From assembly GCF_018977255.1 (NCBI RefSeq), contig NW_024704742.1, positions 105,774,001 through 105,838,000 of the forward strand: a stretch of 64,000 nt of DNA. Reading direction: 5' to 3'. Both the position numbers and the translations under genes were made by a program. This DNA comes from Callorhinchus milii (taxonomy: Eukaryota). Of the stretch, positions 38,576 to 52,105 are shown in pieces (position 1 is the stretch's first letter; each line of letters opens with the position of its first letter). Below the pieces are notes generated by a model, which saw only the letters and a list, made by a program, of their open reading frames with translations, did not search any database and had not been told where the DNA came from.

Positions 38576-41500
38576 GTGAGTCCCTTTAAATTCCGACTTG
38601 ATTTGACTCGACTCTTTGTTGCTGACTACAAGTTGACTTCTTCATGTTGTAAAAAGAAAAGAACATTTAGATTCTTTGCTCTTTCTTTTTAGCTATTTGA
38701 TTTTTTAAAACTAATTCCAGCTTAAAATAAAACAACTCACATCATGGGGTGAAAAATGCTACATTCAACGTGAAAATGATCCCTAATGATATTGCACTGA
38801 AGGATTTTTTTGCTCATGGTGATGTCCTATTGCTAGCTGAACCCCCACATTCTTCCCCCAACTCCCCACCCCACATACACACACACACACACACATGAAT
38901 TTGTTAAATGGTTGCCTCTGAAGCCACTTGCAGCAGCCAATGCCCACAGTATCATATACTATCTGCTTTGCATATTATGGCATTTCAACAACATTTTTTT
39001 ACATCTGTTTACATTTCAGTGCTAGTTCACAATATACCGGCATAATTTTAAAAACCACTATTCCGGGACCAAGTCAAATTTTTCACCTCTAAATTGTTTA
39101 CCATTAAGAGAAATTAATGTACAAAGAAACCTTGTTATAATGGGGGTTTGCTTATAGCACGATTAGAGAGTGGACCCTGACATTTAATTACCAAAAAACC
39201 CAATGTGTGCCCAGAAAGCTTGGCCAACTCAATCCAAACCAGCTACTGGCTTTCCATACGCTAAAAAATTGCCAACTTTCGGGGCATCAGGTTGCCACCA
39301 AGTTCATCGACTGTGATCTGATGACCCGGCTGTCGACTGGTGGGCAACCCGCAGGAAGCTGGCCAGTTTTCTGTTAACTTGCATAGTGACTGCTGAAGTG
39401 AAGACAGTCAAATCACTCCACATAATAACTGGTAACCCTGAGAGTTACAATGCTCGCTTTCTGTGATTTTATGGACCCCCCCACCCTCCCCACAACTGAA
39501 TTATAATGGGGCTGAATTGTAATTAAACTTGCTTCCATTACATGCACTTCCACCCCCAAACTGAGATTTCTAAGGTTGGCCATCCACTGATGAGTAACAA
39601 TAATAATACTCCTTACATTTGATATAGTGCCTTTCATATTGGGAGCACGTCCCAAAGCACTTCCCAGAATATCCTGTAAATGTAATGACTATGTGGGTTT
39701 TTTTGTGGCATACGGAATAAATCCAAGTACCACAGAAAGTATTAGAACTGAAACCATGATGAAACTTAAGATAACAATTTATCAAATAACAGTGTCAAGA
39801 AGTACCATTGGCAATGATCAGCATGAGTTCTCAGTGTAAGCAGCAATAAATCCTGCCCTGTTTATTACTGCTCTAATTAGAATTTGATTTGCCTGCTTAA
39901 AAAACAATGATGAGACAGTGCTACACCACGTTGATTTGCAGCCTTGGCTTCGATTCTGTTCAGAAATGAATCATTCAGCCACAGCACAGTGCTGGCTTAC
40001 ACCACAAAATTAAAAGGATTCCGATCTTTTATTTTATTGTGTGTCAACTTTGGTAAAAAATTCACTAATCTTTACATATGTGTGCGTGCACAGTGCTGAC
40101 CCTGAATCAGTGAACTCTTATTGTGGTTTGCAAACCCAGACCAACACACATGTGTTCAGTCACATGATAGGTACAATGGTATTTGCTAAAAAGAGCTGCA
40201 CACCAGGTTGGTGCACACAGAAAAAATTAGGTTGGTTTAGAGACATTGAGGTTTATTGCTATAGTTGTATAAACCAAATCCAATATGGATTGCCTATCAT
40301 TACACAGTCCTTACACTACAGTATATCCTGTGAAGCGCTTTGAGACATGGAAGGCGCTTTATTAAATGCAAGGATTATTATTATCCTATATTTTTGAAAA
40401 TGCCTAAGGCAACTTCACCCTACCCCTCTCCCTCGTCCGGCATCAAAATACTTCCCTATAAATGTTACCTATATGAAGGGCGCTATACAGCTCCACATTG
40501 TTGTTGTTGTGTTGTAATATTCTTCAAATACATTGAAAAGCTCATACTGGTCCTGCATTAGTCCCTGTGCTAAAAGTTGATTTGCATGAGCTAAGCAGTT
40601 CCATGAGCTATTTATGATGACTGGGATGTCACCGACCTATATCACTTCATGACTAAGTCTTATCATTTGTACGTCTAATAATACATGAATGTGACTATGG
40701 AAAGGCCCTGAACATTTCAACGGTCGGTATTTATATTGCAAAAACAGGTGGGGTGTATTTATAAATGCTGTACCAAGCTGTCGACCTATCAGGAATCAAA
40801 CTTGCTCACCGCTTTCACACAGTCATGTCAGATACACAGAATACCTGTCGGAACTGGCAGTCAGGTCCTTAGCTGCAAATTGCAACTGCTCTGTTCGAAA
40901 AGGTGAAAGCCATTAGAATATCCCAAAATGATAGCATGTCAAACATCTGTCCCCACTTTTTCATTGTTCCTGGGCAACCTAATTAACGCTCTGTCATTTC
41001 AGCCAAGCCCCAGCAACGAACAGTCATCATGTGTGCCAGGCAGCTCCACACAACAAAAGGAATTCCTTTGGGTCTTGTCATGACATCATTTCTGCAATGT
41101 AACCTCGAATAGTGGAAAATGAAGCTGGTATTTATACATGGGTATTATAAAGGCCTTCCATGTCAGCCGTGAGATGACAAGATGTCAGGTTCAATCACTA
41201 TATCGGATCAGGCCCCCTTTTTCTGGCTCCTTTTCATGACGGTAACCAAAAATAAATTGAAAAGGCATTGAGGCAGAGTATATTTCATGCACTGATGCAG
41301 ATATTTCATATCTCATGATCCCTAAGAAAACAATGCAGCAAACTAATTAGTTTACAGTGTTTAAGCAACTTGGTTTTGATCTTTAATCTTCCCTGTGTAA
41401 TACAGAGAACAAAGCTTATTAAGATTGCACACAATGCACTTGCCTGCTGGGATAAAGGAAAGAGCATGTGGTGCCCGGAATACTCTCACAACACTCTTTG

Positions 41501-41887
41501 CTTTTCCCTACAGCCACCAAGTCTTCACTGGTCATTTTTGTTTTAAGCTGAAGATGTCACATTTGCCCAGTCTGGTGAATGTTGCTGAATCTTCAATGAT
41601 CAGACAAAATAGGCTTTTCTGAAAAGACCCATCAAGGTATTTTACTGCACTTAGCTTCTGTCTCTTGTGACACCAGTCTGCTTCAGTCAAGTACCAACAA
41701 ATTAGTAATTACTTGCAAGATTGTTTTTTAAATTGCTTCTTAGTTTCTGGCTTTCTGAAGTTTAAGTAAATGTATCTACTGTACAATTATTCTCAACAGG
41801 AAAGCTATTCAAACACCAGAAAGAGACATGGTAGTGGAAGGAGACATGGAATATCCCCCATTCTCCTAACACTGACACAGTAGTGGG

Positions 41888-42185
41888 AATAATAATAATC
41901 CTTACATTTGATATAGTATCTTTCATATTGGGAGCAAACCTCAAAGTGCATCAAAGAATACATACAGTGGAGTGAATGTGTGTGCTGCAGGTGAACAAGG
42001 CAGTTCATTTGCGCACTGCAATGTCACCCATGAAGTGAATGGACCAATTTTATTATTTTGGGGATTGTTGGCCACGACACTGCGAGAAATTCACTTTACT
42101 TTTCAAATAGTACCATACAGTGGGATCTTTAAGGTCCACCTGAACAGGCAACAGAGCCTCAGTCTAATATCTCATTCAAAGGATA
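41888..42185 (-). mobile_element. SacSINE1/DeuSINE-like 3' two-thirds
   Basis: (ATA)n tail, gggattgttggccacgacac, gggatctttaaggtccacctgaacaggc. Confidence 0.75.
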
Positions 42186-42512
42186 AAATTTGCTTTATGG
42201 GATGGCAACCCTTCTTAATGAGAACAAGAAGCATGGGATTTCGCAACTCGTCACGACATTGTATTACACAATCAGAGTCATCCAAGTACTCTGGTAAATT
42301 GCTTCTAGCTGGACAGATCAGACTTTCAAAATACCTCTCTGATCCAATTAATCTCCAAAGCAGAACCAAACAACATCAACGTTTAAATGTTGGACTAACA
42401 AGAAAAATGGATCTTTCTGCGGTACTATGAACACATTATGGTGTGGATCTTATATCGCAGAGTAAAATCACTTCATGCTTGGATTTGAGATTTGTATTTG
42501 TATCAGAGAGCT

Positions 42513-42513
<1 letters not shown>

Positions 42514-42544
<31 letters not shown>

Positions 42545-42692
42545 CCTTGCATTTGATATAGCGCTTTTCACGTCGGGAGGACATCCCAAAGCGCTACACA
42601 GAACACACTGTAAAGTGAATTGACTTTTTGTGGGCGAACGCGGCAGCCAATTGCGCACAGCAATGTCCCACAAACAGTTGTAGATTGAAAAT
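42514..42692 (-). mobile_element. Young SINE, 5'-truncated, long (TAA)n tail
   Basis: Near-identical to the corresponding part of 6038-6360. Confidence 0.9.
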
Positions 42693-42817
42693 GGGTGTAG
42701 CACAGCAACTGTAAAGGTCTATGAACCCTCCGAGCCCCTTGTGATTTCTATGATTTCTATAAAGTTGATGAGAAAGCAGCAAAAAAACACACATGTTCTC
42801 TTTGCATCACCAATTTC

Positions 42818-43471
42818 ATTTGGTTCAGTTTGTTGCACTCTCGCCTTTAGGTCAGAAAAGGTTCAAACTCCACGACAGGGCTTGAACTCAATCTAGGTTG
42901 ATAATCCAGTGCAGTGTCAGAAATGCTCTATTGATGATGGTGCTATCCATTAGATGAGATGTTAAACTAAGGTCTGGTCTATCTGTTCTTCAAGTGGACA
43001 CTATAGATCCCAAGAACATATTCATAAAGAGGAGTGAGTTTCTTCCCATGTCTGTAGAGTTGTATCAGTGTGACTCAGTGGTAGCACCGTTGCCTCTGAG
43101 ACAAAAGGTTGTGGGTTCAAGCTCCACGTCAAGACTTGGAATCACATAGCCTAAGTTGACATTCCAATGCAGTGTTCATTGTCGGAGGTGCTGTCGGCCC
43201 CGCCTGCTTGTTCAGGTGGACATTAAAGATGCCATAGCACTATTCACAAAGAGAAGGGAGTGTCTCCTGGTGTCGTGGCCAACAATCCCTAAATAAAATT
43301 GGTCACTCTTTCCATCGTTTTTTATGGGATACTGTTGTGCGCAAGCTGGCTGCTGTGTTCTACCCGCTAAAATACACGTCAATCCATTTTACAATCTATC
43401 CTGTGAAGCGCTTTAAGACATCTTGATGATGCGATAAGGCGCTATATCAAATGTTAGGATTATTATTATTA
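42818..43471 (+). mobile_element. Two tandem SacSINE1/DeuSINE-like copies (42818-43052 truncated; 43062-43471 complete)
   Basis: Two successive heads (gcactctcgccttt…ggttcaaactcc and ggtagcaccgttgcctctgagac…gggttcaagctcc), each followed by the family body. Confidence 0.82.
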
Positions 43472-46400
43472 AGTGCTCTTAGATGGTATTTCATGCAAAG
43501 GGTACTACGTAAGCGCAAGTTGTTGCTTTGCAGATTTAGCTGGTTAGACTCCAGCAGTATCCCAACGTACACTCTGGAGTCCTCAAGCCTTGGCTCTTGC
43601 CAAACTGCACCTAATATTTTCTATTCAAATAAATATCTCTGGAATTTCCATGTGTAGGTGGGATGCATGGATTTCTCAGATTGGTTTGGATACTGTTTTG
43701 CATGGTGATAAGTTTCTGTATGTGTTGAGACACCTGGCTAACCGAAAAAAAAAATTAAATTCATCTCTCAGAAATATCCCTGACAATTGCATTTGTATTG
43801 GAAAAAGAATTCTTCCTTAATTTTCCTCGATTACCATTCATTTATAGTGTACTTTCTCTAGCTATAAGGGCCTCAAAAAACACAGCAGCAATGCTTTTGA
43901 AGATGATGGATCCATATCTGAACTTCCACCTAACCCTTGGCAGCTTTCTAGATTCTTGGTGCTCCTTATTAATTTGGATCTGACAGGCAATCTGACACAA
44001 CAGTGGCTAGCAAGTTGTTGTATCTCTATAGTTACTGTCTCATTCCCTTGACATATTCCTTGTGCTACCAGACTCCCAGGTTTCTGTGCTAATGACTGTG
44101 AAGGCTCCTGTCTGTGCTAATGACCCTGAAATCCTCATGTTCCTTATGCGGAGCGACAGGCTTTAATAGACATAGAATAAGACGTAGGACTCAGCAACCT
44201 CTTGGATGGTAGCTATTGGTAGAAATGAGCTTCTTGCCCTTTCAACACACCTGCTTCCTTTGGCGGCTAACCATATTGTATTATAATTATTGAGTCAGAC
44301 CAATAAGATTCCCATGTGTACCTAAAGCTATGCTGATGTCGGCGGAGGAAAAGGGCAGCAAGCTTCTCACTTAGGTACTCTGTCTATCCTATTGAAGATG
44401 CATTAACAAAGGAAGGAGGGAAGATATCGCCTTGAGCAAGTTCTTCAGGACTGTACTGGTGTAAAATGATGTAACCCTCACTTAGCAATTATTTTGTTGT
44501 TTCACACTGAGATGAAGCCCTCAGTTGTCCTGCAAGCAGCCAGCCCCCCCCAGCTACAATTAATGCTGAATGGTCTTAGCCGTGTCTCATCAGACTAGGT
44601 GGACGGCAATTGCAAAGGAGCCAGACATAGCGTCTCCATGGGTTACCGACATGAGCAAATATTTGAACGTTGTGTGGGCAGTTAACAGCTACATACATCC
44701 TCATTCAAAGCAAAATGCAGAAAGGGCTGAAATGATGTGATTTCCACTTCATTAAATGTCTTGTCCGTCAGGCAGGACAAAAGCCTCTATCTAAATTAAG
44801 TCCAAGTTGAAATGTCTATCCCTAGCAAGTTCTTAGAATAATAGCAAGCTGGCTTTCTCAGTTCAACGAGCTTGTAGTTGACAAGGGGATGCAGCCGAGA
44901 CTCTAGCTATGCAAGGTAATGCATGTAAAATACAGTGGCAGAAGCTGAACAATTTGAAAATGGCTTGTAGCTTCGGTTTCTATTTGCATACATTTCTGTG
45001 CAAGGGGTGTGAGGTTGAACAATCAATAGAAACAAACCCTTGGGTAAATTTTGCGGTGGATGATTTTAAACTCTTCAGGTTTAGAATGGAGTAATAAATA
45101 GAACACAGACATATGATCGCTGGAGATTTGTTATTTGGTTAAAGACTCATTGGGCTGCGTTCCTCTTCAGTACACTTCATTTCCAAGGTTTGCTTTATAT
45201 GCGGGTGTTTTAGGTTGGACTGTTTTGAAGGTTTGCATTTCTTGATGTTGAATCTTAATTTCATTGAGTACATCCTCATTTCTTGCGATTTGCACTAAAC
45301 TGTTGATAACACGATACAGAAAACCTTAATAACCTTACCATCACCCACTAACTGCAGGAGGAGCTATCATGTACATAGTCCATCCCTTTACTGTTACAGT
45401 TTACAATAAGACAGAAAAAAGCAGGATTTTTGCCTATTCTTCCTCAATCTCTTCTGTTGGTTGTACACTTCGTTTGAAGTAGTATAGAAGATAATATAAT
45501 AAAATGTGTCTGATGGTCAAACTTCCCCACCATTTTTGAGCATGTTTGTAAGATCTACTAAAGGGTTAGATGTCTTACAAATAGACTTCTTATTGCTGTG
45601 TGCTGTGATTCAGTCAGTGTATCCATATACATTATGTCTGTTTACAAACCACAGGCAAATTATACCTCTGCTACACACATTGTGCTTCTGAAGAGAGGAT
45701 AAGTGGGGAAAAAACAAGTATTATGGAAAAATTGGAAGTGTCCCCCAGGTTCACACTGTTCCTTGGCTGAGAGAGTGGGATGATCCGCTCTGTGGGAAGC
45801 TCCATGGAGAAGATGTGTGATACTCAGGAATTTGTCTTATCGTCAGTCACTGCTGACCACATCAAGGAAGAAAGATGCTAGGTGTGTATTACATGAGTTG
45901 GGCAGAAAAACGAATTTGGTTCAACTGTTGGGAATAATTTCAATTCATTTCATGCGATGTCTGACAGATTTACTGTATGGTTTGTGCATTGTGTGCAAGA
46001 AGTATGAAAGGCTGGGAATTGTGGAGCAGCAGTGTACAACCAGCCTGCGAGGTGACTCACTCTTGAAGGGTCTTTGGGAAGAAGCCAGTCCGGCTCCAGA
46101 ATTCTACTCTCTAGTTTACAAGCTGTCATTGCTGCTGAGTGTTGCGCTTTGTGACATTTTGCCAGCGTTCTGATATAAAATCTCGCTGTCCAAAAGGAAA
46201 CGTGACAACAGAGAAAATGTCAATTGTCAAGCAGGGTTAAAGTAGACTGTGACAACTGATGTGGGCCTTTCTTACCGGGGAGCTATTTGGAAATACAGTG
46301 ATTGCTTTTTGTTATAAAAATAACCTTAGAAGTCTTATAAAAAGTGGTTTGTAAAGAAGGGGCTTTGATATAGGTTTTTGATTAGTGAGGCAGCTATAAA

Positions 46401-47117
46401 CAAGATAGGATGGATATTCTGGAAGGTTGAGATCAACTGGATTAAAGGACCTTCTTCATCCGTACATTTTTGTGGTATTGTTAGCAATACAGATATGACA
46501 AGTTATAATAACAACTCTAAGCCTTGCATGCATTTGATGTAGTGCCCATAAAAATATATCTCAAAGCACTTCACGGGTAATTGCTGTCAAGTGTTTGTAT
46601 ATTTGTAGGCAAACATAGCAGTCATTTGGTGCACAGCAAGGTCCCGCAAACAGCCATGAAATGAATGAGCAATCTATTTAGAGGGCTGTTGGCCAGGAAA
46701 CTGGAAGAAAGTCCGTGGTGTACCAAAGTGCAGAAGTTGTCTGTAGGAAGAGATTTTTTTTTAAGAAACAAATTCCTCCATTATCATTTGTTTTCCTCTC
46801 TGTGAAGAAAGTACCCAGCACCAACTGAGGACATCGGTTCTGAACACCTAACCCCACTAAGGTGACAGTCTACACAACTGAAGGGGGGAAATATGAATGA
46901 AGCAAGCAGCTCTGCTTTCCAAATGTTTTCTTGTTTCCTCTGGAAAAGCGGCTTATTTCTCCTCAATGATTTTCCGATAGGTTTGTGTGTGAACTGAGAA
47001 CAGCACGTAGACAGTTGTTTTTAAGTCGCAATTTTCAGTTCATGCGAGTGGACCTTGCCCCATCTCCGAGGAAGCTTGAAGAGATTGCTTAACAGCTAAA
47101 GTAGCAGTTATATATTT

Positions 47118-47360
47118 CGCACACAAAATATACAGTCAATTTACTTTACAGTATATTCTGGGAAGGGCTTTGAGACGTCTCGAAGATGTGATAAGGCGCT
47201 GTAACAAAAACATGGATAATTATATATAATAATAATATAATCCTTGCATTTGATATAGCGCTTTTCACGTCTTCTAGACGTCTCAAAGCGCTTCACAGAA
47301 TATCAAACCCAGGTCTCTCGCTTGTGAAGCGAGTGCTCTAACCACTGAGCTACAGGACTC
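47118..47360. mobile_element. SINE tail (+, 47118-47222) abutting an internally deleted mini-SINE (-, 47226-47360)
   Basis: The minus copy joins the tRNA head directly to the terminal ~75 nt of the tail near 47302. Confidence 0.85.
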
Positions 47361-48166
47361 TTACGTTGCTGTGAGTAACTGCACTAGACCATGAGGAGCC
47401 ATAGATATATACAGCACCAAAAGAGGACATTCAACCCATTGTGCCTATGGTGTGCTGGGGAGGTCTAATTCTAGTTGCCTCAGAAGGAAAATATCAGAAT
47501 AATTGCATGCCATTAATGTCACAGTATCCCCACATACAAGTGACATGTTTGCCTTTTTTACACTACGAGAGACAAGAAGAGAGTTTTTAATGACAATTTT
47601 GGCTGTTTATAAAATGCAAGAATTCAAAATGACTGGGTGCTAGTTGTAAATAAATTCACAGATGTATCCAGAATAGTTTCTAAGAGGTCATGAATTTTTC
47701 TTATACAAGTACTATCTAGAATTGTTCTGCTGCTTACAATACCGTTACTGCTATAGTTAGCAGGTCCAGATTTATCGATGACCAGGCGTAGCTGTCTGTC
47801 ATTGTCTGAAACAATCCTTCATATCTTAACTGCTGCAATATAAATAATTTTAACCTCTGTGATTGAGATCAGCTGCTGTAAAACAACTTCAACCTATTAT
47901 ACATAATATTAGTAACTCACACAAAGCACTAGCAAGTTTCACAGTTAGGACGTGTCCTACCTATTAGGGTTTGCCATGTAAGGTAAGGGACATATCTGCA
48001 GCTCTGAAGCGTTTTGCTGAGCCAGACACATTAGTCAAACATAAGCTGCCCCTTTGATTACTCCACACCTGCCTAGCAAGTGTCTGAGCCAAGGGAAATG
48101 TCGCTATCTTATATTGTGATCTTATGATTCATATGAAGCCCTATATATGACATTTAGGGCATTTAG

Positions 48167-48481
48167 TGGAGTCCTGTAGCTCAGTGGTTAGAGCACTCGC
48201 TTTGCAAGCGAGACACCTGAGTTCAATTCCAGGCAGGGCGAAACCTTGGGCAAGTTTCCTTACTCCACACAGAGCCTAATAATAATCCCTCCAAAAAAAC
48301 AATAATAAATTGATCATTTTCAATCTACGACTGTTTGTCGGACATTGCTGTGTGCAATTGGCTGCCGCGTTCGCCCACAAATATACAGTCAATTCATTTT
48401 ACAGTGTGTTCTGTGAAGCGCTTTGGGACGTCCTCCCGACGTGAAAAGCGCTATATCAAATGCAAGGATTATTATTATTAT
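48167..48481 (+). mobile_element. Young tRNA-derived SINE, full length
   Basis: tggagtcctgtagctcagtggttagagcactcgctttgcaagcgag…gagttcaattcc…Deu core…cgtcctcccgacgtgaaaagcgctatatcaaatgcaagga(tta)n. Confidence 0.95.
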
Positions 48482-48483
48482 TT

Positions 48484-48866
48484 GTGTCAGTCTGGCTCAA
48501 TTGGTAGCCCTCTCGCCTCTGAATCAAAAGGTTATGGGATCAAAGCTCATGTCAGGACTTCAGAACACATTTACTCAAAGTTAAAACTCCAATGAAGTGC
48601 TGAGATATGCTGCATTGTTGTAGGTGCCAACCTTTGAATAACACATTAAATCGAGGTCCCATCTTTCTGTTAAGGTGGCCATTAAAGACCTCATGGTTTT
48701 TGAAAAGAGAAGGGAGTTTCTCCTGTGTGCTGGCTCCAAATAACATTGGTAATTCTCTTCCTGGTTATTTGCAGGACATTACTGTGCGCAAATTAACTGC
48801 GTCCTGTGAAGCACTTTGAAACATCCTCCCAATATAAAAGCCACTATGCCAGATGTAAGGATTATT
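48484..48866 (+). mobile_element. SacSINE1/DeuSINE-like SINE
   Basis: gtgtcagtctggctcaattggtagc…cgcctctgaatc head, family body and tail. Confidence 0.82.
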
Positions 48867-51809
48867 TTTGTGATCGGGACCTCACATCATTGAGTTGAGG
48901 TGCAATGGGGCACAGCTGAATGGTGGCATGAAGAGCACTGTTTACTTGAATGCCATGGGTTAAGGGCATCAGGAATGGTTATGTAACATACGTCTTATTT
49001 CAAAAGCCTGAATGCAGAAGTTAGGAGTGGCTTGTCTCCAAAACTGACTTAACCAGACTTTTTAAAGGAGTAATCTGCATTTCAGGAATTCTTAGAAATA
49101 TCATGTCTTCACTTGAAATGATAAGAAGCTTTATCATTTTTGTGTATTTGAGTGTTACATAAGAACATAGGAATGTATAAGACCAAAGAACCATTGCAGT
49201 CCAGCTAATATAAAAACAATTCCTACACTATCTTTTATACGCCTTGATTGAATTCTTGGTCTGGGGCTAAAATGATCATTTGTCTGGAGGATGAGAGGGT
49301 GGGGGCAACTATAAACATGTGTCTGCATGTTGATTGGAAGCAGTAAAAGTTAGTCTTAACCGAAAACTTGTTTACATGTGAATAGCAATTTGTAAGGTTT
49401 GAGATACTGCTGTATGTGAGTGAACAGAGCTTTTATTTCCAATAGTTCAACGTGCAGACTCTCCACTGCCTGTAATCCGGAGAGCTAACCTTCTCCAATG
49501 ATCTGTGAGAAATTAACTGTAAGTGGCTCAGGCGGCAAATATCTCCCTATAAATATGCAAAATTCAAAATTCTAAAACATGCAGGTTGAAAAGGTGGTTG
49601 TGTCACATAAATATTTGTGTTAATTTCGAAAACCTTTCCAAAACTACACCGTAATCCACCGAGCTTAGTGTTAAAAAAGAGGTAATGACTAAAACGCAGG
49701 AATTAGTCACTTAAGAATGTGAGCTGCCAAATGCAGGGTGAGTTGGAGTTTAGTTAATGAGGAGCCTGCAGCAGAATGTCACTTCATGCATTAAAAGGTC
49801 TTTTTGCCAGAGTACGAAGAAAGCTTTTGTTAGGGTTTGTGGGAGCAGCTGAGCAGTGATTGACTCTTCGGTGCCCTGTGGACCCCTGAATTAAATAACA
49901 AGACCTCTGCTTTTCCTCTTCCTCCCACTTAATGCACTTATTGTATATGATTGAGTTTTGTCAGCTGAAATAAATAGGATAGTTAATCAGCCAAGGCTGT
50001 TGAGGTACTTCCTCCAAGAGGCTGCTTGAAGGATACAATTCCAATTGATATTCATTTTGGCTCAACCAATGACACTTTGAACGTAGGGTTATTTGTACAG
50101 TATTCAGAAAACATTTTAATTTTTTTTCAAACGAGTGAAGCTGTCACTGGAATGGTATCACTGGGCTGTGGACTAAAACAGATGCTCATTATCACACTGT
50201 GTCCCTTCCATGTAACTCAAACCAATTTTAGCTGTTTCCACTTTGCGCTCTTTGATAGTTCGGGCTCCCTCCTGAACAGAAATACTCAGAAGGCAATAAT
50301 AGAAGACATGGAGCAGAAGTGCTGGGTCCAGAATGCCTTGCTTTGTGCCACTTGGGTCCTCTTTGATTCTCCCTCCCCTGATCTCCCTGCTCTCTCTCGT
50401 TCACACTCTCTCATCTATATGTGCGACGCATCTGCCAAGTCAAAAGCTGATACACTCTAGTTTTACACAAATCAATCCCTTTACAATTTAACAGGCACAG
50501 AGTTAAATCAGAGGAAAGAATGGCCCTAACATCGGCTGATTGGCAGCAGAGGGCACAAGCCTGAATGTAATCACTCACTGAATGTAATCCTATTCACTGA
50601 ACAGAGTGATTTCTCCGGCTGGCCTTCTCAGGGCCCATACTTGTCTAAAGTGATAGGTTAATGGCTGCATCTGGAGGGCACAGTCACGTTCTAGTCACTT
50701 ACAAGGGAAGCATTCTGTAATGAGGGGGATAAGCTGCAGTGCTCGTAGACGGGGCAAGCAGCTCTTCACAGGACTTGGTGCTGACGAAGCTTCCTCCCTT
50801 CATGTGCTAGAGCAATCGTGCAGTTCATTACCGGTCCATTTGCTTTATGAAGTTCATCAGACCTCGTCGGCATAGCCATGAGATAACTAATGAGAAATTG
50901 TGCAAGAGATGGATTCTTCGGGAGTCACAGGGCATTGATAAGGCAGTCACAGATGTGGAATCTTTTGTTCTTTCACAGTTTCCAGGTCAGCATCCTGAGG
51001 CCTGAAGCACTTTACCCTGTCACTCCTTTATCATGTTGCACGGAACTCTGCTAATGCACTTAATGGGCAGTTTTGGAGGTGCTGACTCGGTCAAAAGAAA
51101 AACTATCATAAAGCTGAGTTCATTTGTGATTAATTCAAGAGGTCTGTTATCGCCTCTATCAGTCTGCATGGGCTGCTTTGTGTGTTTTTTTTTGAAAAGG
51201 ACATAATCCTGTTAACAGCGACCCGGCACTTTAATCTAATTTTTAATGCAACTGAGAGGAATTTCACTGATGAAAAATAGCAGCCAATAAATTCAGTACA
51301 ATTTCTGTGTCGCAGCCCTTTTTTTTCCATTTATTAAGAACTGTGAGGCCGTTTGTGAGAAGGGGATTGCAGCATTTTATGGAGGAAGTGCAAATTGTAT
51401 TTTTCCAGGGAAGCAGTTCAGCTTATGCAGACTCTGATAAAGTGTAATGTAGCCCCTTTAATGCAGTGCTTTCATCAGCAATAGAATATCATTTTCCAGA
51501 TGGCAGTAAATAGAATAACCCTTTCAGAACATCGTGTTTATGCTTTGCTGTATGGTGACGTGCTTGCTAGATCAATAACACTGTTTGTGGACTGACAGCC
51601 CTTTCGAAGACTGACTCTCACACGTAGTAGGACATGTGCCGGGGTCCAGGCGAGCTAGCTCAAACACGCACTGTATTTGCATATGTTAGTCTAGCCTAGG
51701 GAATATCCCAAATTCCCTAGTGCTGTTCGGATACTGGACTTTATAATGCTGAGAACATGAAAACGTCTTGTCGATTCTTCCTCAGTTTGAACCTTTTCTC
51801 CAAAACAAG

Positions 51810-52105
51810 GTGGGACTTTAATCTTACAATTTAGAGCTAGGACGGTTAGAAGTGAGAGCAGAAGACATTTCTTTACACAAAGGATTGTGAGAATGTGGAA
51901 TCCATTTCCCGCTTCAGAAGACCATTGATACAGGATTGATTGAATGTTTTAAAGAGAGAATAGACAGACAAACAGATAAATGCACATAATTCATAGAGAC
52001 ACACACACACACATATATTCATATGTCATATGTGAGTAGTAAGGGTATTAAAGGGAATGGAAAAAGGATAAGGACATGGGATTAAAAGATCTGCCATGAT
52101 CTATT
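51810..52105 (+). mobile_element. CR1-type LINE 3' fragment with an internal (CA)n
   Basis: Reads RARTVRSESRRHFFTQRIVRMWNPFP; 3' UTR motif agatctgccatgatct. Confidence 0.75.

Noticed and set aside
40614..40712. ATGATGA…CTGA spacing like a C/D snoRNA
   Set aside because: No terminal stem or recognisable guide; such box pairs are common by chance.
44082..44140. Short two-unit tandem duplications (also 11117, 32231, 50561)
   Set aside because: Ordinary slippage products with no higher-order pattern.
48167..48240. tRNA-Ala(TGC)-like sequence (also at 59351 and 6290-6360)
   Set aside because: No proper acceptor stem, and it continues into a SINE body: a SINE head, not a tRNA gene.
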